Source of the DNA: Basidiobolus meristosporus CBS 931.73
Lineage: Eukaryota > Fungi > Basidiobolomycota
Length of the DNA: 64,000 nucleotides
NCBI GenBank assembly: GCA_002104905.1
Contig: MCFE01000017.1
Location: forward strand, 62,001 to 126,000
Direction of reading: 5' to 3'
Part shown: in pieces, positions 26,643-39,100 of the stretch
Layout of the letters: each line of letters begins with the position of its first letter
How positions within the stretch are numbered: position 1 is the first letter of the stretch
Program-made: the position numbers and the translations under genes
Notes under the pieces: model-generated
Seen by the model: only the letters and a program-made list of their open reading frames with translations
Database searches by the model: none
Told to the model about the DNA's origin: nothing

Positions 26643-27272
26643 CTAAAGAGGTGAGGAGAGGTGAATGGAGAATGCTGGGATCCCTTGGGCAGAGTTGGCT
26701 GCGCTCTCCCCCTGCAAGCCCACAGCAACAGGAGATTTCAAGGAGAATCTCTGTATGCCTATTGGGACTACAGTGATACCATCACTGACAAATTCGGCTG
26801 GTTGGAGAGTGGATAGCTCGAAGCCACCAGAGGTGTTTGGCAAGCGCTCACCAGTGATGTTGAAATTGACAAAGAAGTTGAGCTGAGGAGGAAGTCGCAA
26901 AGCTTCGATCTGACCAAGAGGGGTGCTGTCTCTTAAGGTTTGTGCAATCTTTACCACTCCCAACGCTGGATCGGTAGCTGACCCATCAAACTTGATTGTC
27001 TTGAGTTTGACTCCAGTTTCAAGGCTAGGTTCACCGAGCACAGTGATCTGACCTGCTATGTTCAAGCTGTAGACTCCGCTGCTCAAACTGAGTGGGACAT
27101 TGGCCGCAACGTAGGAACATGAAACCTGAATACCGGCTTTCAGCTCAAGTAGAGGAATGCACTGGTCAAGACCGGATACCGAACTGGAATAGGTGAGCAG
27201 TCCGAAGATCACAAGGCAAGAGAGGAGTGATGTATTGGCAAGCATATTGTATAACTCAGAGTGAGGTGTCAT
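26643..27272 (-). CDS. Intronless secreted beta-rich protein of unknown function
   Basis: 209-aa ORF (alternative start at 27245) with a signal peptide (LLSCLVIFGLLTYSSSVSG). TATAAATA about 20 nt upstream. A near-identical paralogous fragment at 28.1-28.5 kb. Confidence 0.75.
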   Translation of the reverse strand: MTPHSELYNMLANTSLLSCLVIFGLLTYSSSVSGLDQCIPLLELKAGIQVSCSYVAANVPLSLSSGVYSLNIAGQITVLGEPSLETGVKLKTIKFDGSATDPALGVVKIAQTLRDSTPLGQIEALRLPPQLNFFVNFNITGERLPNTSGGFELSTLQPAEFVSDGITVVPIGIQRFSLKSPVAVGLQGESAANSAQGIPAFSIHLSSPL

Positions 27273-28136
27273 GGAAGGTCGGAGTGGGTGTATTTATATC
27301 AGAGTGTTGAGGTTGGGATAACTTGTCATCGAGTGTCGAAATCAATTCATGCTGCATATGACAGTATAGTTTGGATTAGCCTGATCAGAGCCGAGTGCTA
27401 TAACAATGTAGATCCTTATCGTTAGCCATTGGAAATGCCAGGGGCTATCTAGCTGTAAAGGTTCCTACAGCGAGGTGTATATGTGCAGTGTACGGATTGG
27501 TGGTTGACCAGAGTTTTCATAAGAGATTTCTATTGCTTATGACGAGGGCATCACCCACCAAAAGATAGAAGCATCGTTGGGGATAATAAAATAAGTTGAA
27601 GTCCACATATTTCGTCAGAAGAGAGTGGTATTCTTACCCGTTTATCGATTATCAGGAAAATTGAATGACCATTAGCGATGATATCTTTTAGATTTAGGGG
27701 GATTAACGTTAATCATACATTATCCAAGCACAGGCATTCACACTTTGCTGGTAGTTATGACGGTATTCACTTATGCGAACGATCCATAGGGGAACTGAGC
27801 ATTGCAAACATGCTTCTTTACGATGCGATGCCTATATCCGAGGGAAAGATGACACATCAAGCAGGCTGTACAGTTTAAGACTCCAACGTCGGAGATTCCA
27901 AAATGAGCCATATTCATCCCGTTAGAACTTAGCATCGATGCAAATGAATGTAGAACATCTTCTACTCAATGTCATTATTTTACCAGGTTCATATTGCATA
28001 TCATTCAGCAATGTATCTGGAGTGTATAAATGATTTATTGCAATGGGGTCATGATGCTGGTTTCTTTATCTAGGTGATACCAATTAAGCCTATATACTGG
28101 CATATTATGAGTTGAGGCTGGGTATAGAAGATGAAA

Positions 28137-28467
28137 CTAAAGAAGTGAGGAAAGGTGAATAGAGAATGCTGGGATCCCTTGGGCAGAGTTGGCTGCGCTC
28201 TCCCCCTGCAAGCCCACAGCAACAGGAGATTTCAAGGAGAATCTCTGTATGCCTATTGGGACTACAGTGATACCATCACTGACAAATTCGGCTGGTTGGA
28301 GAGTGGATAGCTCGAAGCCACCAGAGGTGTTTGGCAAGCGCTCACCAGTGATGTTGAAGTTGACAAAGAAGTTGAGCTGAGGAGGAAGTCGCAAAGCTTC
28401 GATCTGACCAAGAGGGGTGCTGTCTCTTTATGTTTGTACAATCTTTACCACTCCCAACGCTGGATCG
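28137..28467 (-). pseudogene. 5'-deleted duplicate of the 26643-27272 gene
   Basis: Matches 26643-26968 almost base for base, then jumps directly to sequence homologous to the promoter of the intact copy (TTCATGCTGTATATGATAG vs TTCATGCTGCATATGACAG at about 27345). Confidence 0.85.
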
Positions 28468-29733
28468 TTGACACCAGTTCATGCTGTATATGATAGCGTA
28501 GGTGCTTCCAAACTGGTCTGCATATGAAATTACATTGGACCAAGTACTATAGCAATTGGCGAAACGAGGAGAAATGTGTTGGATATCCTTGCTCGTTGTG
28601 GGCCATCCTGAATTAGTATACTATCTGAAGTGTAGAGATTCCTACAGAGAGGCACTTACATGCAAGTTTGGTAGCGACCAGAAGTTAGTGGGAGTATGTA
28701 TGCTAAAGATGGCCAGTGAATTGCAATTCTATCGTATGCTGCCTGAAATCTCAAAGTTCCTACATTTTGAGGCCAACTGGGTGACGTATCAAAGCCATTG
28801 AATTTCGACTAAAGCTTTGGATAGGATGTACTTCACGTAAATGCTCGGATAGCTGTCGTATCAAAGGATGTGGGATTCTCAATTGCTTACAGGAAGGCTG
28901 GCTTTTCTTAGGATATTGAAAAGTGTAAGTTTGTCATCAGAACTGAGTGAAGTTCAACCTAACGTTGCTGAATTTCATTACTTGTTGCCAACTTAGTTAA
29001 AAAGAAAGCGAACCTTGTGTTAATCATTAGATTCCGTTGTGCAATGATTGTCCAGGATTACTCATTACTCACTTTTATCTGCCCATTGACCAGGAAAAAT
29101 ACGTTACAGGCTATATCAACAGAGCTTCAAGTATTAATGTATGTGCTAATACACCAGTTCCAACTTGGATTAGGGTTTTATATGAACGGCTCGTGGTCTG
29201 TGTTTCGCTGATGTTCTTACAACAGGTAAGGAAAAATGGACGGAAGAAATAGCGAGTAGGAAGCAAGGAGTGAAGCTCGTCAGCTCAATGACGGCAAAAA
29301 GTACTGGACCAATGCCAAATGGGAGTTGATGATAGTTGTGGTTCGGTTGGTAGGGGACCTTTTACCTCTGTGCCCGTTGGCCTCCGCCCATGTGAGTACT
29401 TCCGCCTTCCTGGTTGGTGGTCATCTTCGTGCCAACATTCGGTAAGATATGCAAGGTGCGTGGAGTCACTCCAGAATATCAGTTACATCAAAGATAAATC
29501 TCAAGTGTAACAATGCTAGGCACATTCTATCATCACGGTCCGCAAAATTTCCTTATCGGAGGACACGTGCAAAATATGGTGGATAAATGGCATTGGCATC
29601 TTGATCTAAACAGGAATCGAGACAAATATAGGCAGGTGTAAGTAACCCAGAGCTAAGGATAGCAGCCGAGAATGAAGGCCAACAGTCAAGGTTATAAATA
29701 TACAGCCGCTGGAGCTACGAACCATCGTTCCGA

Positions 29734-31178
29734 ATGATGCATATCCTGAAAGCCTCTTTGACATCCGTGGTGCTCCTCTCCGCTCTCGCTGCCAGTGTGG
29801 AAGCCGGGAATGCCACCAATATCTATGCAGATTATGACTACTGTCAAGGAATCAATCCCATTTCCGGCAAAACCTATGAGCCCATTGTAAGTACTCAGCG
29901 TCTCTATCACTACAAACCGAAATGCGTACTCACCTTTACCTGTAGCGTGGGGCTCAACTTCAAAAGGTGCAGGTGATGATGCGCCATGGGGATCGCACCC
30001 CTGCTACCAGTGTTCTGCCTGGCGACCATACCAACTATGATATCTGTGCAAGGCCTGCAGAGTACACCTACTCTGCAGGGAATAGACTTGAGTCAGGCTC
30101 GCCAAACCTCCGGTCCAACATCGAGATTTCGGACGACAATCTCTTTGCTGGATCCTTCTGGAGAGGAAATTGTGAGCTTGGTAAGTGATTGCGATCATGC
30201 ATTACAGCTTGTTCAAGGACCTGATGTCTTCGTTTCCAAGGGCAACTTACAAACAAAGGGTCTGCGCAAACACGAGAAGTCGGAGTTGCCCTTCGTGATA
30301 TCTATATCAATGAACTGGGATTTCTTTCGAAAACCCTCAACCCCGATGACATCTACCTGCGCAATACTTATGTCTGGCGTACCAGAACATCGGCAGAGAA
30401 TTTCCTGAATGGGCTCTATCCCCCATCCCACCGCAGACGCGATTCAGTCGTCACCCTGAACACCTATCCACAAAGTATTGAAACCCTGACCCTCAACCCA
30501 ACCGCTTGTCCAAAGTTGGGGGTGCTCTTTACCGGCTTCTTCAAGACCCCGACCTATCTGAGCTGGTACAAGGCTAACTATGCTCTCATCACCAAGGTCA
30601 ACACCGTGTTGGGCGTGCAAAACAATGCAGCCTTCAACTCTTCCATGAACGGTGATGCAATCCTGCCACGCTACTGTAATAAGATGCCTCTACCATGCTC
30701 CGCTACTAATCCTTCATTATGTCTCACTGCCAACGATGTTAACCAAGTCATGCGTCAAGGGTTTATCGGCTATTCAGGTGCTTTCCGATATGAGGCCGCC
30801 GCGGAACAAGTCAAGCGACTTGCGGCTGGTCCATTCTTAAAGACCCTTGGTGGCGGAATCCGCGCCACTATTTCAGGAAAGTCGCACCAACGGGTTCGAC
30901 CCTTTGAGTTCTACTCAGCCCATGATCAGTCCTTGGATCAGGTGTTGGCAGTTATTGCCGACCCTGGTACCCCATGGCCAGCCTATGCATCCACCGTTAT
31001 CTTTGAAACTTGGCGCTTGGCCAATAAGGCGCTTGTTATCCGTGTCCTATACGAGGGCAAGGTCGTGCCCGCAAATCCTAACTTGAAGTGCTCTCTTTCA
31101 GCATGCCCGATTGAAACCTTCTTAGGCTTCATTGAGAGCTATGTCCCGAAAAACATTGTGACGGAATGTTCTCTATAG
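29734..31178 (+). CDS. Secreted histidine acid phosphatase (His_Phos_2; ACP6/phytase-like)
   Basis: Signal peptide, RHGDRTP nucleophile motif, GQLTNKG.AQ...G..LR..Y and SAHD proton donor. Two introns; TATAAATA at about 29694. Confidence 0.92.
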
Positions 31179-31186
31179 ACTACTTC

Positions 31187-31345
31187 GAACTGTTCACTAC
31201 ACTCAATAAATCATTAGGTGAAACCACATAAACCACTTGTGTTCCCACGCACTTCCAGTATCTCCAAAACTCTTACAAGGCTGTCACCCCGTGGAAGGTC
31301 TACTACTGCTATACTGGAATTTCTCCCTCTGCTGAAAAGTTGGAG
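31187..31345 (+). mobile_element. Copia-1 LTR 3' remnant with the start of gag
   Basis: Aligns to the 3' end of the LTR at 62687-63035 (CAATAAATCAT...CTTCCA.TATCTCCAA.ACTCTTACAA) and to the following EKL.G gag start. Confidence 0.7.
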
Positions 31346-31394
31346 GAGTCAAGTGTACTGTGAATATTGATCATACAAAGTATTCTCACCCAGA

Positions 31395-32160
31395 AGATAA
31401 CGCCAAGACGGAGTAAATATATTCAGCAATTTGGGTTGGAGATTGTCTATTGCCCTGGGAAAAACAATACAGATGCTGATGCCTTATAAAGACTGGAACA
31501 AGTGGCACAACTTAAATTGGTACATGAGTTACATTGGCCCAGCCTATTACCACAGTACTTGGAGGACCAAGCCATTCCTGATGACGTGAATGAAAACATT
31601 AAGATAATTCAGGATGAAGCAAGCAGATTTGTGCCGCAGGATGAAATGCTCTACCAAACTGTTGATAGAAGCCCAACTTGCCTACTCACCCTTTGTTGCT
31701 TGCCTAGATTCAACACATATACCACACTATGCACATAGATAAGTTGGGATTGAAGGAAAATATAGACTTGTGAAAGCCAGAGTATGGCAGCCTAGAATGA
31801 AGAAAGATATTGAGGAGCTAGTGAAAGTAACCTAAACTGCCTAACCAAACAAATTCAGCCACATAGATTTGCCAAACTCCTCCCCCTGGAGCCTGTAAAG
31901 CTATCTGAGAGATGGGGAACTGATGCTATTGGAAGACTCCCCACAAATAGGATATGCCACCAATGGATCCTAGTAGGCATTGACAATGAAACCAAATGGC
32001 CAGTTACTGAAGCAACTCTGGTTGCTAGTCCACTGGGTGTTGTAAGTTTTATTTGCCATGATATCCAAATGAAGTTTAGTTGCCCTATGAAGATCTTTTC
32101 CAACAGAGAAGCATGTTACAAGCCCAAGACACTTGAATCCTACCAAGATATACAACAGAT
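31395..32160 (+). mobile_element. Degenerate Ty3/Gypsy family-B fragment (RNaseH end, integrase zinc finger, integrase start)
   Basis: Homologous to 44520-45260: LVHELHWPSLLPQYLEDQAIP and a degenerate WG.D.IGRLP. Multiple stops and frameshifts. Confidence 0.8.
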
Positions 32161-32164
32161 AGAA

Positions 32165-32569
32165 CACTAAAAAGCCCTATGAGTAATAATTGTGATGATC
32201 CAGTCAAAAGCTGTCACAAGATTTAAATCCTGTGACTAAGAGGAGTTGATGTGGTAAGGGCACCATGCAAAAGCTGTTGGAATAAAATTACATCTCAGAT
32301 TTCACAAAAAACTTTGTCAAAAATTTTCATTCCAACAGTCCCTAAGTTGATTTTGGTAGGTTCTCTGCTGTTTCTATCACCTCATGATCCTGAGCACTCA
32401 ATCATCCCTTATGTCAATGAACACTGATTGGCTATTGCCTTTATTGCACACTCCTTACTTCCTGACTCAACCAATGCCCTTACTTTTCATGCACGCAAAT
32501 TAGTTTATTTCTGTTGTATATTCAGTTGTAGCTCAATTGTAGATTATGCTGACCTATACTGGTCCCTAT
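32165..32569. repeat. About 400-bp repeat, third copy of the unit at 39480-39860 and 40490-40905; probable CACTA-element terminus
   Basis: Begins CACTA at 32165. Shared blocks CTCAGATTTCACAAAAAACTT and GATTGGCTATTGCC. Confidence 0.55.
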
Positions 32570-33142
32570 TGTTGTAAAAAGTTGTTATTCCATCCAAATA
32601 TTCCCCTAACTTTGTCAGTTAGATCATTTCCTACAAATCTTGGAGAATACTTACCAGATTCCTTGGTGGGATTCACCTGGAATATTCTTACTAAAACACC
32701 AGGTACCAACAACATGTCAATTCTCAAAGCTGTCCAAGCTGCCCCAAACTTTGCACACATGCTCTTGGGATATTCCTAAGCAGATTCTTTATGCGTATGT
32801 TGCCAAGACCATGCCCAAGTACAAATATTACTTACACATTCAATGGATCATTCAGTGAAAATCACATAATATGCTTGCTTTCCCAATCACTTCCAATATC
32901 TCCAAGACTCTTACAAAATCTATAAGCCCCAAGCTGTCACTTTCTGCAATGTCTACTGCTGCTAATACAGGAGTTTTCCCCCTACTGAAAAGTTGGTTGG
33001 ATCTACCTACCTAGTCCAGAAGGTGAAGATGCTGCTACAGCAAAGAGGACTGAGATATTGCTATGCAAGAAGAATGCCCTCCTAAAAGAATAGGAGAAGC
33101 CTTAAAGAAGCAGAAGAAAAGCAAAGTGCTTTAAACTGCATT
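32570..33142 (+). mobile_element. Copia-1 5' LTR (32570-32917), decayed PBS and gag start, interrupted by the chromovirus
   Basis: TGTTGTA...CTTACAA homologous to 62687-63035. The gag-like sequence stops at AACTGCATT and resumes as GCATTTGGCTAAAT at 39457, matching CTACATTTGCCTTAAT at about 63267. Confidence 0.8.
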
Positions 33143-36100
33143 TGTCATGATCACATGACAACCATGAACACCCATGCCAAGCTTCAGCTTCCTAGCTCAA
33201 TTTCCAAGAGATTCCTTCTGGAACCTTCTACCACCTTCCAGAAAGTTCCTGACCATTCCAAACCATTGTTACACAACGGAACATTCCATGGAAGCTTCCC
33301 ATCATATTTTTCATAGTCCAGTACCATATATGGAAATACCAGGTCACATGACTTAGTCACATGATCAGGTGACCAAATCCATTTCCCCATCCTGTCTCAG
33401 TGCCTTGCCTTCTATATTATTATCCCCAGCACTGCTGCTGTGTCTCACCCCACAACCCTATTAGTATTAGCTAATATCTCTTGGCATCAGTATAGCCAAA
33501 AAGTATATATAGTCCTATCCCCCCTTAAGTATTCCTCAGTCTGATGAACACAGGTCTTGAATAAACAGCCTTGCCTTGAATCCTGCCTTGCCTTGATGGT
33601 CCACACCTAAGTCCTTTCCTGCCATGCCTAGCTTGTAAAAGGAATACTCACCGTAAGTATCACCCATCATCTTTCCCTAGTCTTGTCCTATAAAGGCAAA
33701 GATACTTTATCTTTGTAAAACTATTGGTCAAAGCTGCATTCACTTTATTACCCTGCTGGTGGAGTTTACAGTTGTTACAGTATTGGAAGCTTTAGTACAA
33801 TACTCTATCAAAGGACATTGAAACCAGTACCTTCTGAAGTGATGCTAACTTATTTAAGTTGGGGATTGTGGCTCAATAGTTGTATTCTTGACATACTAGT
33901 GGCTTTACAAACCCACAACCTAGTTTAGTATATTCCAGTATTCCTTGCAAGTTCATCTGCCTTCCTCTGCTACCATGTCCAACCTAGAGCTGAACTTTGC
34001 CCAGCTCATGCTGCCTTTACCCAACTGCAGCAAGACCATGCAGACCTCAGAAACACTCTTCCTCAGTTCCAGAACCAAAGTGTCCAGCAAACTAGCCATG
34101 TCCCAGTCTACCAAGAACCCAAGTATACTCCTGCTACCAAGTTCAATGGCTCTCAGAATGAGTTCCGTGGCTTCATCAACATGGTGAAGAGCCATCTTGC
34201 ACTCCAGCCCAACCGGTACCTCACTGACCAGGCCAAAGTTGGTTTCATTGCCAACCTGCTTACTGGTACAGCTCTCAAGTGGTTCTCCCCATTAGTGGAG
34301 ACCAACTCTCCCCTCCTCAGAGACTACCAAGCTTTTCTCACTGAAATGGAGCAAACATTTGGTAACCTTGACCAAGCCAGAACTGCTGCCAACAAGATCA
34401 AGACCCTCAAACAAGGGAACAAACCAGCATTAGTCTATGCCTCAGAATTCCAACAACTCTCCAGTGACCTCAGCTCCTGGGGCCAAGCAGCCTTGATAAG
34501 CCAATTCCAAGATGGCCTCAATGATGAAGTTTGTGATCTGCTACTCACACTCCCAGATCCAGATACATTGGTTGAAGCTATGCGCCAAGCAATCTGGTGT
34601 GATAACAGACTATACCAGAAGAAGCAAAAGAACCGTCAAAGACCCATTCCTGTTGCAGTCCCAGCCCCTCCTGCTCCCCAGGTCTCTCCAGAAGATCCTA
34701 TGTAGACTGATAGTGCCAAATACAAGACACTATCAAAGAGTGAAAAGTCCAGACATCAACAAGCCAACCTCTGTCTATGCTGCGGCCAACCAGGCCACTT
34801 TGCCAAGTCCTGCCCCAACAAGAAGTCCAGCTTCAAGCTGATGCAGTCCTCCAGTAACCAACCTGATTCAGATATGTTGGGAAACTCCAATGTCCAGTTG
34901 CACTGACAGGCTTGCAACTGGACCCACCCATGAAAATCCAGCATATCCAAGAATCTTCCTTTGCCACAAAATCTATCCAGTCCTTGAGAATGCCTGTCAA
35001 AATCCAGATCCCTGACTCTAGTCCTGCCCCAGTCCTAGCCCTGATTGATTCCGGTGCTTCATCCTGTTTCATTGACCAAGCCTTTGTCCAGAAGCACTCT
35101 ATTCCTGTTACCTTGAAATCCTCTCCAGTCCAAGTAGAAGTTATTGATGGAAGATCACTCTCCTCTGGTGCCGTTACCCATGAAACATGCTTACTCCAGC
35201 TGTCCAGTACTGCTTGCCAAGAAAGAATTGCCTTCAACATCATCAACTCACCACACTATCCTATTGTGCTTGGAAGCTCATGGCTGAGCTACCACAATCC
35301 AAGTATTGATTGAAAATCTAAGATCCTGTCATTCACCAGATCCCACCAAGTCAACTCCATGAAATCTCCAGACCCTGATAACCGTGAAAAGACTGTTGCC
35401 AACAGTTCAACAGCCCAAGATACCTTGCCAGCTGAAGGAGCCCCCTCAGCAACTATACCAGCCAAGTACCAAGAGTTTGCCTATGTCTTTGACAAGAAGA
35501 AAGCAGAACTCCTCCCTGACCATTGGCCTTATGACTGCCCTATTGACCTTGAAGATGGAAAAGTCCCTCCATTTGGCCCAATATATAACCTCTCCCAGCT
35601 GGAGTTGAAAGAACTCCATGGTTATATTCAAGAAAACCTCCAGAAGGGTTTTATTCAGCACTCCAAATCACCTGCTGGAGCCCCAATCCCCTTTGTCAAG
35701 AAGAAGGATGGCACCCTCAGAATGTGTGTGGACTACTATGCTTTGAACAAGATCACAGTCAAGAACCGCTACCCCTTGCCCCTGATCAACACACTGTTGG
35801 ATCAGCTATCTGCTGCCCAAGTATTCACCAAGATAGACTTGAGAGGAGCTTACAATCTTGTCAGAATCAAGCCTGGTGATGAATGGAAAACTGCCTTTTG
35901 TACAAGATATGGTCACTTTGAGTACAAAGTAATGCCATTTGGCCTCACCAATGCCCCTGCTGTGTTTCAACACCTCATGGATGACATATTCTGTGAATAC
36001 CTTGACCAGTTTGTGGTAATCTACCTTGATGATATTCTCATATACTCCAAGAGCCAAGATGAACATGATGAACATGTCAAGAAAGTATTGAAAAACTAGA

Positions 36101-39100
36101 CTCTGCTGGTCTCTATGCCAAGCTAGAGAAGTGTGAATTTGAACAGAGAGAAGTGGAGTTTCTTGGTTACCTCATCAGCCCTGAGGGAAAAAAAATGGAC
36201 CCAAAGAAAGTTGACTCATTCCAATCCTGGAAAACTCCAAGCTCAGTCAAGGAAGTACAATCCTTCCTGCAATTTGCCAACTTCTATTGCAGGTTCATAG
36301 CCAACTACTCCAAGATAGTCACCCCTCTGACAAAGCTTTCCCAGAAGAACACACCTTTTGCCTGGAATGAGGAGCAATCCACCTCATTCAACCAACTCAA
36401 GAAATATTTCCTAAAGGCCCCCCTGCTTGCCCACCCTGACCTTGAGAAGCAATTCATAGTGGAGACTGATGCTTCTGATTTTGCCCTTGGTGCCATACTC
36501 TCCCAGTATGATGAAGACAATGTGTTGCACCCCATTGCATTCTACTCTTGGAAGTTTTCCCCTGCAGAGATTGACTATGATATCTATGATAAGGAGTTGC
36601 TTGCCATCATTGTAGCCTTTGAGCAATGGAGACACTACCTGGATGGTGCAAAACACAAAATCAAAGTCTTCTGTGACCATAAGAACCTTGAGTACTTTGC
36701 AACTTCCAAAGTATTAACCCAGAGACAAGCCAGATGGTCACTCTTCCTGTCCAGCTATGACTTTACTATCACCTATAGACCTGGTGCAAAGCAAGGAAAG
36801 CCTGATGCCCTGTCCAGAAAAAAGGAATATGCCCTAGAAGAGAGAGATGATGCCTGTCGGCAAATGGAACACCCATTGCTGAGCAAGAAACATTTTGAGA
36901 CTCTTGCCACCCAGTCCTCAAGTCTTGTCATCCCTTCATTCCTAGTAAGGATATCAGAATCCCAAGCCTCTAATATTACTTCCAGCACCATCAAGAAATA
37001 TCTGGAATCCCCAGTTGGGCCCCCTCCCAAGTTCCCAAACATCCAGAACCTGCATTTGGTAAATAACCTCATCTGCCACAAGCAGCAGCTCTATGTCCCA
37101 GACCTTGCCACCCAGCTATACATCATTAAGTCTTGGCACAATTCAATGGCTGCAGGCCACTTTGGTACTGCCAAAACCTTGAATGCTATCAAAAGAGACT
37201 TCTGGTGGCCTAGAATGATAACTCTTATCAAAGAGTACATTCTGACTTGTGATATTTGCAACTGTGCAAAGCCAGCCAGACACCAGTCCTATGGACTTAT
37301 CCAGCCCTTGCCTATCCCAGAACATCAATGGAGATCCATATCTATGAACTTCATTACCAACCTCCCTGAGTCCTGTGGCTTCAATGCTATACTTGTAGTG
37401 GCTGACTGGCTGACTAAGATGGCTCACTTTATCCCTTGCTGTAAGAACACTGATGCAAAAGAAACCACTGCATTAGTCCTCAAGAATATTTTCTGCCTTT
37501 ATGGTATCCCCAGTGATATTGTGTCAGATAGAGGCTTACAGTTTGTGTCCAAATTTTGGAAACACTTCATGCAATACCTTGGTGTTCAAGTCAAACTCTC
37601 CACTGCCTTCCATCCACAGTCTGATGGCCAGACTGAAAGAGTCAACCAGATTCTAGAGCAATACCTCTGGTGCTATATCAATTACCAGCAAGACAATTGG
37701 GTTGATCTACTCCCTGTTGCTGAGTTTGCCTACAACAACTCAAGCCATAGTGCAACCGGTTTTACACCATTCTACGCAAACTATGGATTCCACCCCCAGT
37801 TTGATATCCAGATTCCAACAAACCCAAGGAGCCCACATGTGGCTGAACATGTCATGATCACATGACAATCATGAACACCCATGCCAAGTTTCAGCTTCCT
37901 AGCTCAATTTCTAAGAGATTCCTTCTGAAACCTTCTACCACCTTCCAAAAAGTTCCTGACCATTTCAAAACCATTGTTACATAATGGAACATTCCATGGA
38001 AGCTTCCCATTGTATTTTTCATAGTCCAGTACCATATATGGAAATACCAGGTCACATGACTTAGGCACATGTTCAGGTGACCCAATCCATTTCCCCATCC
38101 TGTCTCAGTGCCTTGCCTTCTATACTATTATCCCCAGCACATTGCTGTGCCTCATCCCACAACCCCATTAGTATTAGCCAATATCTCCCAGCATCAGTAT
38201 AACCAAAAAGTATATATAGTCCTATCCCCCCTTAAGTATTCCTCAGTCTGATAAACACAGGTCTTGAATAAACAGCCTTGCCTTGAATCCTGTCTTGCCT
38301 TGATGGTCCACACCTAAGTCCTTTCCTGCCATGCCTAGCTTTTCCTCCTGCCTTGTGTCTATTCATAACAGAACATGCCCAAGCAATCCAGGACATCCAG
38401 CATACCCTCAAGGAAGAGATATCCTTAACTTAGGAAAGCTAAAAGAAATTTGCCAATCTAAAACAGCATCCCAGCCCTGATCTTAATGAAGGAGATTCTG
38501 TATGGCTGCTCAGAAGAAACATCAGCACCAACCACCCTTGTGACAAATTGGATTTCAAGAAACTTGGTCCCTTCAGGATCAAGAAGAAGCTTAGCAGTAG
38601 AGTATATCAGCTACAGTTACCAGCAAGTATGAAAATCCATGATACTTTCCATATGTCCCTCCTGGAGCTGTATTGTAGGAACACCTTGCCAAACCGGCAA
38701 GAAGCAAAGCCCCAAGCCATCTAGGTTGACCAACATCAAGAATTTGAAGTTAAACAGATTTTAGACTCCAAGTATATCTGGTCAAAGCTGTACTACTTGG
38801 CAGACTGGATTAGTTATGGTCCAAGTGACCAAACATGGGAACCAGCTACCCATCTCACTAATTGTCAAGAACTAGTTACACAGTTCCACCAGCAATATCC
38901 TGCAAAACCTGCCCCAAAGGGAAACAGAGCTTTGCCTGGAAGAGGAGAATAGTGTCATGATCACATGACAACCATGAACACACATGCCAAGCTTCAGCTT
39001 CCTAGCTCAATTTCCAAGAGATTCCTTCTGGAACTTTCTACCACCTTCCAGAAAGTTCCTGACCATTCCAAACCATTGTTACCCAATGGAACATTCCATG

